The position numbers were made by a program, and so were the translations under genes. 64,000 nt of DNA from the human T2T-CHM13v2.0 reference genome, Homo sapiens, in NCBI RefSeq assembly GCF_009914755.1, contig NC_060925.1; one strand, given 5' to 3'. Of the stretch, positions 13,500 through 26,962 are shown piece after piece; positions within the stretch are counted from its first letter, which is position 1, and every line of letters starts with the position of its first letter. The notes beneath the pieces are model-generated. The model saw only the letters and a list, made by a program, of their open reading frames with translations, did no database searches and was not told where the DNA came from.

Positions 13500-14304
13500 T
13501 GTCTTAATGTCCTTGGACTGCCATAACAGAATATATCACATACTGGGTGGCTTAAAAAACAAATTTATTTTTATACAGTTCTAGAGGCTATAAGTCTGAG
13601 ATCAGGGTGCCAGGTCAGGTTCTGGTGAGGGTCCTCTTCCTGGTCTGTGGATGACCACCTTCTCCATGTGTGTTCATGTGGCTTTTCCTCGGTGTGGGTG
13701 AGCAGAGAGAGAAAGAGACAGACAGACAGACAGAGACATACAGAGAGAAAGTGAGAGCACCTTCCTGTCTCTCTTCCTCTTCTTCTAAGGACACTAACTG
13801 TGTCAGATCAGGGCCCTACCCTTATGGATGTATTAGTTCATTCTCACGCTGCTATGAATAAATACCCAAGACTGGGTAATGTATAAAGGAAAGAGGTTTA
13901 ATTGACTCACAGTTCCATATGGCTAGAAAGGCCTCAGGAAACTTACAATCATGGCAGAAGCTGAGGGGGAGGCAGGCACCTTCTTCACATGGTGGCACGC
14001 GAGAGAATGAGAGCTGAGTGAAGCTAACAAAACCATCAGATCCTGTGAGAACTCACTCACTATCATGAGAACAGCATGGGGGAAACTGCCCCTATGATTC
14101 AGTTATCTCCACCTTGTCCCACTCTTGACACGTGGGGATTACACGATTCAAGGTGAGATTTGAGGTGGGGACACAGAGTCAAACCGTATCACTTCCTTTA
14201 GCCATAATTGCTTTTGTAAAGGCTCTATCTCCAAATACAGTCACATTGGGGGTTAGAGCTTCAACATATGAATTTTTAGAGGACACAAATGTTCAGCCTA
14301 TAGC
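13500..14304 (-). mobile_element. MLT1 solo LTR, interrupted by a younger LTR
   Basis: MLT1 sequence at 13500-13828 resumes at 14192 and ends ttcagcctatagca. Confidence 0.8.
13829..14191 (-). mobile_element. THE1/MSTA solo LTR nested in MLT1
   Basis: tgtattagttcattctcacgctgct...gaggtttaattgactcacagttcc...aaaccgtatca. Confidence 0.9.
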
Positions 14305-14833
14305 ATCATCCCATAGATTTCTTAAATAGTTGGAAATATCCCAGAGACTTACATGCATCAGGACTCATAACAGCAGTCAAGGCTTAGCAACAGCAGGTAA
14401 ATTCAAGAGTTACTTCAGCCCAGCTATTGACCTCATGTGATTATCTTCTTTAACCTATCCAGACCATCAGTTTATCTCAGTTAAATTTGTACTGCCATGG
14501 CACATATATTGGGAAAAAAAATGTGCTACTTAGATTTCCCAAGGAATTTGTATTTCATCTCCTAAAGCTGACACTGGGAGTTTATCAGGTCCAGAGTTCA
14601 AATTCTGGCTTTCCAACTGATCATTATAGAGCTGGCTTCCTTGCTGGCTTTAGCATCTGGAGTTGCAACAGATACCTCGGTGCCTGAAACATGTTTATGA
14701 AATCTATGAAACCACAAGCCAGCTGTCCAGTTCCAATGTGAAGCAATAGATACTCTTGGGCTACAGTGCCTTGGTTGTAGCACGTCACCTTGGAGGAGGA
14801 GCTGGCCTCATCAGACACAAGAAATGAGTCTCA

Positions 14834-15135
14834 GGTCCCATGAAATGGCTCATGCTTGTATACCAACACTTTGGGAAGCCCAGATGGGAGAATCGCTTGA
14901 GGCTAGGAGTTCAAGACAAACCTGGGCAACAAAGCAAGAGCCTATCTCTACAAAATTGAAAAAATTAGCTGGGCATGGTAATGCGCTCCTGTAGTCCCAC
15001 CTACTAGAGAGGCTGAGGTGGAAGGATTGCTTGAGCCCAGGACATTGATGATGCAATGAGCTATGATGGCACCACTACACTCCAGCCTGGGGGACAGAGA
15101 ATGACCCTGTCTCTAAAATTAAGAAAAAAAGAGAA
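14834..15135 (+). mobile_element. AluJ-like element
   Basis: Dimeric Alu; TSD aagaaatgagtct. Confidence 0.9.
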
Positions 15136-15749
15136 AGAAATGAGTCTAAGGCAAAGTAAAGAGCAACCAGTTTCCAACAGAAGGTCCTTCTAAGGTGGAA
15201 ATTAAGGCAAAAAATGTAAAAAAAAAAAAATAGATTTTATAAACATTTTTACTTCAGCTTTGTTGGTTTAGCCTAATAACTTTCCTATCTTTTTTAACAG
15301 ATTTCTTTAAATTAAGCATATTTGCAATTCAAATAGCAAAAACACTACGTAGCTATTAATTAGTACATACACTTGATCTATAATAAATTCTTAAACACTA
15401 AATAACCAAACACTAAATATAGAAAACACTAAATAGCCAAAATGAGACCATCTCCATCCAAAAACATAAATAAAAACCAGACATACCCTGTAAACAATAT
15501 TCTGCATTATTCCTTTTCTCCAAAACTATATTTAAGTTTGGTTCTTGATATTTTTCACTATGTTCTCCCAACTGTTGTGTGGGTTCAGCCATGCTTTAAA
15601 AATATAGGTTTTTTCAGATCTTTTTCTGATTACAAAAGCATATATTTTTATGTCAAGAAATTTAAAAAATTTAGATAAGCATAAAGAATAAAACATCTAT
15701 AACCACGGTTAACATTTTGCTGCCTTGTTTTTAATTTCTACATGTAACA

Positions 15750-16050
15750 CTCACTCATTTATTCATTCATTCATTCATTCATTCATTCATCATTTACTCA
15801 TGTTTCCAACAATTACATTTATTGAGCTCTCAAGAGGAGCTTACATTCTAGTGGAGAGAGGGAAAAATGAACTGGTAAATCAAAAGATAAAAGACAGGGT
15901 AGTGATGAGTTCTATGGTAAAAACAAAGCAGGTGATATGGTATCAAGTACTACTTAAGTTGAAACCTGAATGATAAGAAGAATCTAGCTTTGTGAAGATC
16001 TTAAAAAAGAACAGTCCAGGCTGGAGGGACAGCTGGTACAAAGCCTTAGA
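15750..16050 (-). mobile_element. L2 3' end with (TTCA)n tail
   Basis: (cattt/cattc)n followed by ctctcaagaggagcttacattctagtgg. Confidence 0.7.
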
Positions 16051-16576
16051 AATACAAGTACCCTTTAGCCAGAAATCCCGCTTGTAAGAATGTGCTTGTA
16101 AGTATGCAAAGAAATCATTATATGGATAACAGATATATATATAGATGATAGCTAGCTAGATAGATAGATATAACCACACTCTTGTTTATAGTAACAAATG
16201 GATACAAATAATCTATCACTGGGAATTTGTTGAATACTTCATGGTGCTTCCATAAAATGGATCATCTTCCAGTTGCTAAAAAATGAACTGGGTCTTTCTC
16301 TACATGCTGACATGGAAAGATCTCCAAATGCCAACTCAGGATCCCAAGCTGCTTGTGTCCAGTGGTTCTGCCATTCACTAAAGCCTCCTTGAAATCCTCC
16401 ACTGAGTTCCTGCATTTGGTTCTCCAACCAGCAGAGAGAGAGATTATGAGGAGGTTGCAAAAGAAGGTTCAGAAGCCAGGCCTGGATGGGGTACACATCA
16501 TGTCTACCCACATTCTATGAAGTCTCATGGCCCCACCTACATGATTGGGAGGCTAGGAAATGTGGAGGAGCACTTG

Positions 16577-16830
16577 TGTATTAGTTTCCTATTGCTGCTG
16601 TAACAAATGTAGTGGCTTGAAACAACCTAAATGTATTCTCTTACAGTTCTATAGTTTGGAAGTCCAACATGGATCTCACTGGCTCAAATCAAGGTGTTGC
16701 CAGGATGGCATTTCTTTTGGAGGCTTTAGGTTAGAATCTGTTTCGTTGTATTTTTCAGCTTCTAAAGATTGCCCACACTCATTGGGTTATGACCTTCTTC
16801 CTCTCTTTTGAAAGCCAGCCAGCAACACTG
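16577..16830 (-). mobile_element. MLT1 (C/D-like) LTR fragment
   Basis: tgtattagtttcctattgctgctgtaacaaat. Confidence 0.8.
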
Positions 16831-18813
16831 CATTTCTTATCAATATTGACACCTTACCTACTGAATATTGCTTTGGTTCTAAGATTCAGGGTTTTGTGTT
16901 TCTGTGGTTGTTTTATTATATGCATCTCTTCCCAACTGTATGTTCAGAGACATCTCATTGGTAGCTTGAAGTGGCATGGTGGTCTTCAGTATGTAGATAT
17001 TGGGGTGGGTCATTATTCTAACATACTGCTTGACATGGTCATTTAGTGAGACTTCAGGATCAAAAGGTATGATGTTCTACAGCTTTTAGTATCCCCATCA
17101 ACCAAAAACCAATTAATTTCTACCTGTTATCAAAGAAGGAATGCTTTAATTGGTCATTGCCAATTTTGTTTTTTAGTTTATTTTTTTCCTAGAATATCAC
17201 AACAGGGATCCTCTTCTCTTTGATTCATTGATGGATTCCAATATCCTAACAACACATGATAGATGTTCAATAAATATTTGTAGAGTAAATGAATAAGATC
17301 TGCCTGAAGCTAAGCCACTATCTTCCTGGTAGGTGATTCCACTAGGCTTTCTCCATCATTTGTATTACAAAATCTTTGTAGGAAAAGAATTAAGCTCCTC
17401 TCAATAACTCTTTCTTCTGCAGACTCATAGTAATTTACAAAATACCTATATTATAAGGGTGGCAATTATCTGTTATGGTAATTTATCTTATACATGTGTG
17501 ACTCTTCCGCTGTAATGGAAGCTCTTAGAAATCAGGGTTGGTGTCTTTGTTTTGTTTTCATGTTTATTTCCTTCTCAAAAGTAATATTTCCTTTATTTTT
17601 ATTATCTATTCCTATGAATGTGTTACATGGAAAGCTGAAAGAATTGACCTTGCATATGCTTCTTAGCTGGAGTGCAAGCCCCTTTGCAGCAGGTGTGATG
17701 GACAAAGCTGTACTCCAAGACTGTGACAGTCCTCAGCCCTGTCAAGATTTCAGGCTCAGCACATGTTCGTTGAAGGAATGGTGTTGGCTTTCCCTTTGAA
17801 AACCTTGGAGGGACTTCAGCAAAGGCCAAAAGAGGAAAAGCTGAATTTCCTCCTAAAACATTTCATGGTCCCTGCCTCCCACACATATAGGAGTTTCTAA
17901 TTTTGGGCTTGGCACCAATCGCCTATCAAAGCAAATTATTCTTTAAAAGGCTTAAGTGGGAAGCCAGCCCAAGGTTTTGTTTTGACAGAATTGTACGTCT
18001 GAGTGGGGCTGACCATGTTCTTGGCCTTGGCTGTACTCTCTTGTGACACAGAAATAACCTGAACTCCTCTGATGTAACAAGTTTTGAGAAGTTCTGCTGA
18101 ATTGATTGACAAATCTTTCCCAGGACAACTTGAGATTCTCAATGTACAACAAGTATATCAACGATGATGATCAAATTAAAGAGCTTTTCTTGGATTTTCC
18201 TGTCACTCCTGGCAGAGGTAATATGGAAAACCCAGGCCTTGAGAAAAACATGCTTAGAGCATACTTTGGCTATTTGCTGTAACATTACTTTCCAAATTTT
18301 CCGAGAAGCTTTAAGCTGCTAACATAAGCATAAATGCTGCTCTACTGCAGCCACCATGAAATAAACAGCAGGCTGGGACACAAGAGCCGGCACACTCTGA
18401 ACCAGCTTTCTGGGGAAACTCCCTAGGGACCCAAGGTTGCATAAAATTCAACAGGAAGGCAATCCAACATCGTCCAAATGCTCTTTCCCTACCATAGGGT
18501 TCTATCATGTTTGCCAATTCCTGCTTGCAAAATCAATCTATTAATATCATGCATGAAGATGCTTCTCAGAAAGTAGTTTTTATTGGTATAGGAGGCAGCT
18601 CCTCCAGGGATAGTTGGAGGTCAGAGTCGTATGTTCCAGAACCCTCTGTCTTTAGGTTGAGGCTAATTGACCAAGACTCCAAGAAACATTTTTTCTAGTC
18701 AATCAAGGTCAAAACTTAACGTGCTTGTTTATATTGGGGGAATGTGCATATAATTACATATGTGTTATGTATGTTTATTTAAAAAGCTCCTTGTCCTGAG
18801 GGCAGAGGGAATG

Positions 18814-18832
18814 ATGCTGCCTCCTAGTGGGA
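18814..18832 (-). promoter_or_regulatory. Candidate CTCF motif
   Basis: Reverse complement tcccactaggaggcagcat resembles the CCAC-AG-GGC-GC core; lies in non-repeat DNA. Confidence 0.35.
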
Positions 18833-19077
18833 GACAAATTGAGAGACACAGCCATTTAGAATAGGCTGGAGGAATTGAAGAGGAGCCTCAGATCCTAGGT
18901 AAAAATGCAGACTCTACTCTCTGCTGCTTAACGATCTAATTCTATATGAGACACAAGATCTCTTTCTGAAGGTCTATACAGCCTCTCTTGGTAGCCATTC
19001 AAACCTACCAATCAACATATTTTTGACAACTTCCTATTTGTTCAAACATGTGCCTGGAATCAAAGAGGACACCAAGT

Positions 19078-19220
19078 GGCTGGGCATGGTGACTCATGCC
19101 TGCAATCCCGGTCACTTCGGGAGGCCAAGATGGGAAAGTTGCTTGAGTTCAGGAGTTTGAGACCAGCCTGAGCAACACAGCAAGACCCTATCTCTATTTT
19201 TAAAAAGAAAAGAAAAAAAA
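19078..19220 (+). mobile_element. FLAM-type free left Alu monomer
   Basis: Single monomer plus A tail; perfect 15-bp TSD aaagaggacaccaag (19062-19076 / 19218-19232). Confidence 0.88.
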
Positions 19221-20524
19221 GAGGACACCAAGAAAATATTAGGCAGGAATTTTGCCCTCAGAAAATGTATGCATCGTTCAGTAGAAGAGACTGGTTTGTA
19301 CCTTAAAACAATTTGAGATAAGCAATTCTTCATCTCTATGGTTCAGTTTATGTGTCAATGGCTTAATCTTCTTTTGGACTCCCCTGTCCCCAGGAGCAAG
19401 CCCAAACTCCTTAATCTGGCATTCAAAGGTGTTTATAATCTGGTTTCCCACCCACATCCTACTCAACCACATTTCTTGCCATTTCTGTTTTGCGTTCCAT
19501 ATTTCCACCACTCCTGAAACTGGCTTAAGGGTAGGCCCTTCAGGTAAGCCAATTGCTAAGGCTTTCTAACATATGAAATCTAGCAAGTCATAGAGAAGAG
19601 AATTGTCAGACAGGGCTTCTTGTGAGATCCTCTAATAAACTGCTAAGGGTGGGAAGTGATATCCCCCAGTGACATGCTTAAGTAACAGTAAAAAAAAAAA
19701 AAAAAAAAATCCAAATGGCTTTCTAAGAAGAGTAGATTCACCAGATATCAGAATTTTGTTTGATTGAGTCAGGGACCAAGGAGTTGACTTACTTGGGAAA
19801 ATAGAGAAGCACAATTGCATATTGTCATCAGAGAGCCCTCTTTATCCACTGTTGTAACATCTAGCTTCTCCTCTAAACAAAATTTACTAAAACTGGTCAA
19901 AAGAAGCACCTAATTATTAGCCAGCTGACAGTGGGCTGGCCATGGCTTACTGAACCACCTGTATTCTCTGGATTTCCCACGCTCTGTCTGTGCTTTTGAT
20001 AGTTTTATCTGGAACCACCCCACTGCTACTCTATATCAAGTTAATCTCAAAATGCAACAAAAGCTATTGCCTCCATTATAAAACACTCCCTGACTTTATG
20101 CTACCCTCTGGCCTAACCTGCTCTGTATTAAGTGCTAAGTCTTTGTGTTCCCATTGACTTTGATGTACATCTCTTATCCCAACACTTTATTAAAATAAGC
20201 TTTTGGTGTCTGGTCCCTTCGCTAGGCTCCCTGATGGCTATGAGTTGTGTCTTCTTTTTCTATGTACTAAAGCATCCCTCCTAGCTACTGGACCTTTGAG
20301 TATATTAGTGCCCTTTTTTAGGATAGGGAAATGGGAGATCATTGAGAATACCTGAGTAGTTGGATTCATAGGAAGAGACCTGGGTTGGGTCCTGGCCAAT
20401 GGATTGGTAAGATTTGAAGAGGCAAGGGGAGGTCCTTCTTCCAGGAGAGTGATTGTGAGCAAGGGTGTGTGAAAGAAACAGTAAAGGACACAAGCCCACC
20501 TATGAGAGGCAAAACATTCTTTCA

Positions 20525-21076
<552 letters not shown>

Positions 21077-21579
21077 TCAGGGGGTGTTCACAGCATGAAA
21101 TAGGAGTAGTTAGAGGTTAACCAGAATGGAAGGCCTTTGGCCTTTGTAAATGCAGCTCCCCGGCACAGGCCTCAAGTTCCTATCAGTGGTCTGTTTCTTG
21201 AGCCCTGGGTTGAAGATTATTTTGTTGACAATGTGGAGATTACTTTAGAGAGTGGTGCTCAGGGCTGTTAGGTGATTAAGTGGATGGAGGGTAGAAAGTA
21301 TTGAGCAATACCTCTTTTTTTTTTTTAGACAGGGTTTTTCTGAAACAGAAAAATATCAGATAACACCACTAGTTAGACTAGAGTCTTCTGTTTCTTGAGA
21401 TTTTGGAGGGGAGGAGAAAGAGTCAAATGATAAAGATGAGAATGCTGTGAGAGATTTTCGTCTGGAAAAAACAACTTTTAGACCATGTTTCAAGAGAGGA
21501 AAATCACATGTATACTCTTAAACTGCTTCATGTGTGTCTGCAAAGCAGATTAAGGTGTGCTTATAGAGCAAACCCTGAT

Positions 21580-21800
21580 GTCTACAAAAATCTTAACAAT
21601 AAAAAGTAATGCCTATTAAATGAATCAGAGAGCTAAATGTGAGCTAACACAATAAACCTTCTAGAAGAAAGCATAGAATAAAATCTTCGTGACATTGGAT
21701 TAGGCCAAGATTTCTCAGATTCAGCACAAAAAGGAAAGACCATAAAAGAAAAAATGGATCAATTGGACTTCATAAAAATTAAAAATATTCTCTCCTAAAA
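21580..21800 (+). mobile_element. Old L1M ORF2 fragment
   Basis: ctagaagaaagcatagaataaaatcttcgtgacattggattaggc. Confidence 0.75.
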
Positions 21801-22050
21801 ATGTTAATTACATTAATTCATTCATTCAAGTATTTATGATGTGCCAGTACCCCCTAGCTGTTGTATTATGGCAATGAATTGCATTCCCTCTATTATACTG
21901 CACTGGAGCAGGAAAATACATTTTAGAAAGATTAACAATAAGAAAAATACCCCTATTATTTAAAAGTAATTTTTCATTTAAACTCATGGACAGGATCAAA
22001 TACTAGGAAATGATGGAAAATGCTGAGAAATAAGAATGTGTACAATAACA

Positions 22051-22349
22051 GGCCGGGGGCAGTGGCTCATGCCTATAATCCCAGCACTTTGGGAGGCTGA
22101 GGCAGATGGATCACTCAAGGTCAGGAGTTGGAGACCAGCCTGACCAACATGGCAAAAACCCATCTCTACTAAAAATACAAAACTTAGCCGGGCATGATGG
22201 CAGGCGCCTGTAATCCCAGCTACTCAGGAGGCTGAGGCAAAAGAATCACATGAACCTGGGAGGCAGAGGTTGCACTGAGCCGAGATCGCACCACTGCACT
22301 CCAGCCTGGTTGAGAGAGAGAGAGAGACTCTGTCTCAGAAAAAAAAAAG
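22051..22349 (+). mobile_element. AluS element with internal (GA)n expansion
   Basis: TSD aagaatgtgtaca(a/g)taa. Confidence 0.95.
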
Positions 22350-23434
22350 AATGTGTACAGTAAGCCTGACAGTTGGTATTTGTTAACTCTCATACCATTT
22401 GAGCAAGAATCCTGGCAATGCGGATGCAGGATAAAGAATATTAGCACTTTGGAAGACGGTCTGAGACCACATTTCGCTCTATATTATTTTACCATAGGAC
22501 TTTAGAGTCAGGTAGGACCAGATTTGAAAATTAGTTTTTCTACCACCTGTGGGATCCCAGACTCTGATTAAAATGTCTACTTTATAGAGTTGTTATAAGA
22601 ATCAATGAGGTAATAAATAAAGTGTAAAGTGCAAGGCACATAACTGGGCCTGAGTAAACGGAAACTGTCATTGGATGATGATAATGGTGATGATAAAATC
22701 CAATCAGGTTCCAAAAGTTGACCAGAACTAGGCAGCTTACTTGTTCTTCTTGAGAAATGTGCATCCTTCCCCATAGTAATCTTAGGGTCTAAAGGAAAAA
22801 TGAGGGCGCTTCCCCTCCTTTTCCCATTCTGTGCCCATGACATGTATCACTAACCAACCCACCCTAGAATTCTTCAATTAGTCAGTCCAAATCCCTCTCC
22901 AGCCGCATCTGATCCATATAAAGTTGTTGGTGGAGATAAAATGTACCTGCCATTCTGATTCAAGGCTTCAATGGATATCCCCTCCAGACCAGGAAGGATG
23001 ATTGTAAGTTTATCTTTCCTACAAGGATAAAGGCCCAAGTCTAGCCTAAGGAGAGATGACTAGGGGTTTTAGAAGGGGTTTAGCCATACTATAGTACAAG
23101 TTTATTCCTCAAATAATCAGTTTATTTGTTTTTTATTTAGTTTAACTCTTTTCCTGTTTGTTCTACATTTGCAAGTAAGCTATTAATCCTTTACTTGACT
23201 TGTGGGATTTCTTGAAACTGGTTCTTGACTTCTCAGATCCTAGAGTCACATACCCCCTTCCCTACCTTGTAAACATTAGAGATTTTTTTCCTTAGATTAA
23301 GAGGGGCTTGGACTCTATCTGGACAGAAAATAACTCTGTGATACAGAAAAGACAAAAATCTACCAGGTCAATGATCTGGTGATCTGATTCAGCTAGGGGC
23401 AGTTGTACTCAAAGGGACAGAACCATCCCTAAGG

Positions 23435-23617
23435 CATGGTTCTCAACCTTGGCTACTAAATAAACTCAACAGAAGAGCTTAAAAAACGCTCATGGCAAGG
23501 CAGCAGCCCTGCCTGACCAATTACATCAGAGTCTCTGCAGATTGTGCCCAAGCACCAACTGGTATTTGAATTAAAGTTCAGCTCATTTTAACATGCAGCC
23601 AAGGCTGGCAGAGAACC
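23435..23617. mobile_element. MER5A-like hAT MITE, followed by further hAT-like sequence to ~24270
   Basis: ggttctcaaccttggct...atgcagccaaggctggcagagaacc. Confidence 0.7.
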
Positions 23618-25589
23618 TTTGTCCAAAGGTGTTTTGGAAATTTGCAAAGTATCCCTGGTATCCCAGATATTGAGGCAAAAGTGTTACTGCCATTTTCTTG
23701 GCAGGGATATGGGTTCAATGTTGTTACAGTGCCTCGAACAGTTCCCTCACAGTGAAAAATTGTTCCACCTTTTGAATGTCCTACTGGATAACTGATAAAC
23801 TTGAAAAACTTATATGATCTGGAACTTTACCTTACATATGAACACAAAGAATTTTTTGCATGGTTTTTATTAATGTATATTGAATTTTCCCAGAATGTAA
23901 TCAACATATAAATTAAGGTAGAATTGTACTTTATTTTATTTAAAACTTTCTAAGAGTTGCTTACCTTTTTAGAGAGCCAACACCACTTTTGGTATTTGAG
24001 TAGTCAGCATTTGTAGATGCAGTTTTCATGGTGATTCTGTGTACAAGTGCCAGTATCTGATGATCTCATTGTGCCCAAATGTTTACTTATTGAAATGTAT
24101 TTACTTCATTGTAAAACATATCTATTTCACGTCTCTTTACGACAAAATATTGATTTTCAAATATTGTGTGTTTAGGTGGATTATATAATATTATTTCTGA
24201 ATAATAAATGTGGTATTATGAAATATTTCTTATAAAAAGGTATCTTACAGTTGATATAATGTTAAAGACTTCTAATCTGGGGATTCCCTTTGTGATGTGT
24301 AATACACAAGCCCTCTCAACTTGCATTTCTGTTTAATGAGCATGAAAATTCCAGCAAGCCCAATGTCAGGGGTGTTAACTTTGAGCAAGTTACTTAATGT
24401 CTCTATGCCTTAGCTTCCTCAACTGCAAAAATAGCCTACTAATAGTAGTTAAGAGCTGTCAAGAAAATTAATTGAGATCAACCATAAAAAGCACTTAGCA
24501 AAATTTCTGGCATGTAAGAAGCACTAAACAAAGGTACCTGTTTTCATGATGATGATGACAATGACAATGATGACGGTGATGAGGATAAATTCAGTAGTAC
24601 CGTTCAGAGAAGACCAAAGACTTTTTAATCCATCCCTCAGGCAAGTACATCATCTCTACACTTCTTCTTTTCTCAAGGTTAAATACTGGCCAGAGCAGAT
24701 GACATGAGATGCCTACTTTTGGATGGAAACACCTTGCATGATCTCTGCTTCTTCATTCCTGTAATTGTTTTAAACAGTACTCATGGAAGAAAACTCAGGA
24801 CCATTTTTGTTAGTGGCTAACAAATTGTTACAGCCTTTATCATAGTGTAAGCATTCTGCAAACTCAGAGACTTTGCATCTGGAGATCTGCTACTACGATG
24901 CAACATTCAGTGTCTTTCAAAATGGAACCTGGCATATCACCTTTTTGTTTGATATTTTCCCCACTCTTCATCTCACTTATCCTCCTTTTCTTTCATTCCC
25001 GTCTACATACAAACTTCATGAGAGAACAGTTTTCTCTTTGGAAGAATCTAACTTAGATATTTTGTGCTATCATATGGACAGAAGGGCTAAAACTCTTCTT
25101 TAGTGGCTAGTCAATAATCGCAAAGCCAGGATCACAATTTCCTCCCAGTTTTCCACTCAGTCCTGACTTTGCTCAGCTGGAGTATTTGCTAATGAATAGA
25201 CTCTGCTTTCCTCATTCAGAAAGTACACGGCTTTTGTCATTGGCAGAGCCCATTCACTGTCTATGTCATATATAATGTCAAGTTTTGTAAGCATAATATA
25301 CCAGATAGGTCTCTGTTCAGGAACAGTCCACCATGTAATCCAGTTCTTCACCACAAGGACCTGTAGTATCATGGTAGGAGATGTTGAGAGTGAGACATAG
25401 CCAGCTGTGGATTTCCAGCTGAAGAAGCATTGAGAAGGTATTTTAAGTATTCAATACTTTGGGGCAGGATGACACACAAACCATTACAGATAGAGGAGCA
25501 TCAGGTACATGTTAAAGGCCCTCAGAAATAAAGAGTCCATAATCAATGCCAAATACCATCTTGTAACAGAATTTCTTCTTACTTAAGGG

Positions 25590-25790
25590 GAGTTGGTATT
25601 ATTGAGAACTTATTAACAGTCAGGAATATTTTACATTCATTGTCTTAACTAATGCTCACAAAAGCCCTCTGATTTAGGAACTCAGACAACCCCATTTTAC
25701 AGATGAGAAAACTGAAGTTTATAGAAGTTAAGTTACTTTTCCAAGTAAGTGGCAGAATCTAGATTCAACCCTAGTATATTTTTCTCTAAA
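25590..25790 (-). mobile_element. MIR SINE
   Basis: cccattttacagatgagaaaactgaag. Confidence 0.8.
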
Positions 25791-25916
25791 GGCCAAGAGA
25801 TTAGCTACCATGCCTTATGCTACATTGCCTCACCTGAACACTCATGCTATAATTTACACTCACTGCTTGTATTTGTTTCTGGCACAGTCTCTCCCAGAAC
25901 CCCAGAATACCAGACC

Positions 25917-26240
25917 AGCACCATCTAATGGAAATATAATGTGAGCCATGAATATAGGCCACATTTGTAATTTTAAATTTTCTAGTAGCCACATTTTTAA
26001 ATATTAAAAAAATGAGTGAAATTAATTTAAATATTGTATTTAACCCAGTATATCTAAAGCATTATCATTTCAACATGAAATCAACATAAAAATTATCCAT
26101 GAAATAACTTAACACTTTCTTTTGGACTAAGCCTTTGCAAACTGATGGGTGTTGTATGCTTACAGCCTGACTTAGTTCCAACTGTCCACATTTCAATTGC
26201 TTAATAGCCATGTGGCCAGTAGCTACCAAACCAAACACCA
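25917..26240. mobile_element. MER33-like hAT-Charlie element
   Basis: aaatataatgtgagcca...ttttctagtagccacatt...aatagccatgtggccagtagctacc. Confidence 0.8.
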
Positions 26241-26790
26241 TGAGTCTAAATTCATAATCCCAACACTCTTCATAATCTTTGGAGCTCTTCTTGAAAGTCT
26301 TTCAGAAGATAGGAACAGAACTGACAAGATAAAGAGCCTATTTTTAGTTATTTGCTTTAGTCCAAGAAAAGAAAAGAAATAAACAATAGATTTCACAACT
26401 TCCATCTACAACCAGTAGTCAGCTTAGTTGCTGAAGGTCAGATGAGAAGCAGAGTGATGGAATCCACATCATTACATAACATGTGTCAGGTGTTCACATG
26501 CTTTCAGAGGGAAGCTGAACACAATGTGAAGATCAGAAAGCTGTAGATCCCTGACCAGAGGGTTGCTCATGAATCCAGCTCACAAGGAACACCAGCAGAG
26601 CTACCATTAACTCCCTCCCAGTCCTTCCTCTCCTTACTGTCACTCTCACCCCTGCCCCAGTTTGAAAGGCAAGGTGCATGAGCCAGGCCTAACCAGTGTA
26701 GGACAGACCCCATCCTCCTCACATCCAGAGGGCAGAAAGAAACCTCAAGACCTCCTTTCACCCCCAGCCCCTTGGAGAATCCTCTAACAC

Positions 26791-26962
26791 CAGGAGTTCT
26801 CAAACTTTTATGCACAACAGAATCACCTGGAGGACATGTTAAAATTCTGATTCTGTGCCTTATCCCCAAGAGGTCTGAGATGGGGCTGGGGAATGTGCAT
26901 TTCTAGCAGGTTCCAAGGCTGTTCATGCTGTAGGTCAGAAGATGATCACACATTGAGAACCC
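26791..26962. mobile_element. MER5A-like hAT MITE
   Basis: gttctcaaacttt...gaatcacctggagg...cacattgagaacc. Confidence 0.8.

Noticed and set aside
15393-15436. Three copies of aaacactaaata; also a 19-bp tandem duplication at 29561-29597
   Set aside because: Ordinary slippage duplications; not CRISPR-like (no spacers, eukaryotic DNA)
25300-25365. Possible minus-strand lncRNA exon (ag...gt bounded); similar hints at ~62385-62520 on the plus strand
   Set aside because: Splice-like dinucleotides alone are insufficient without transcript data
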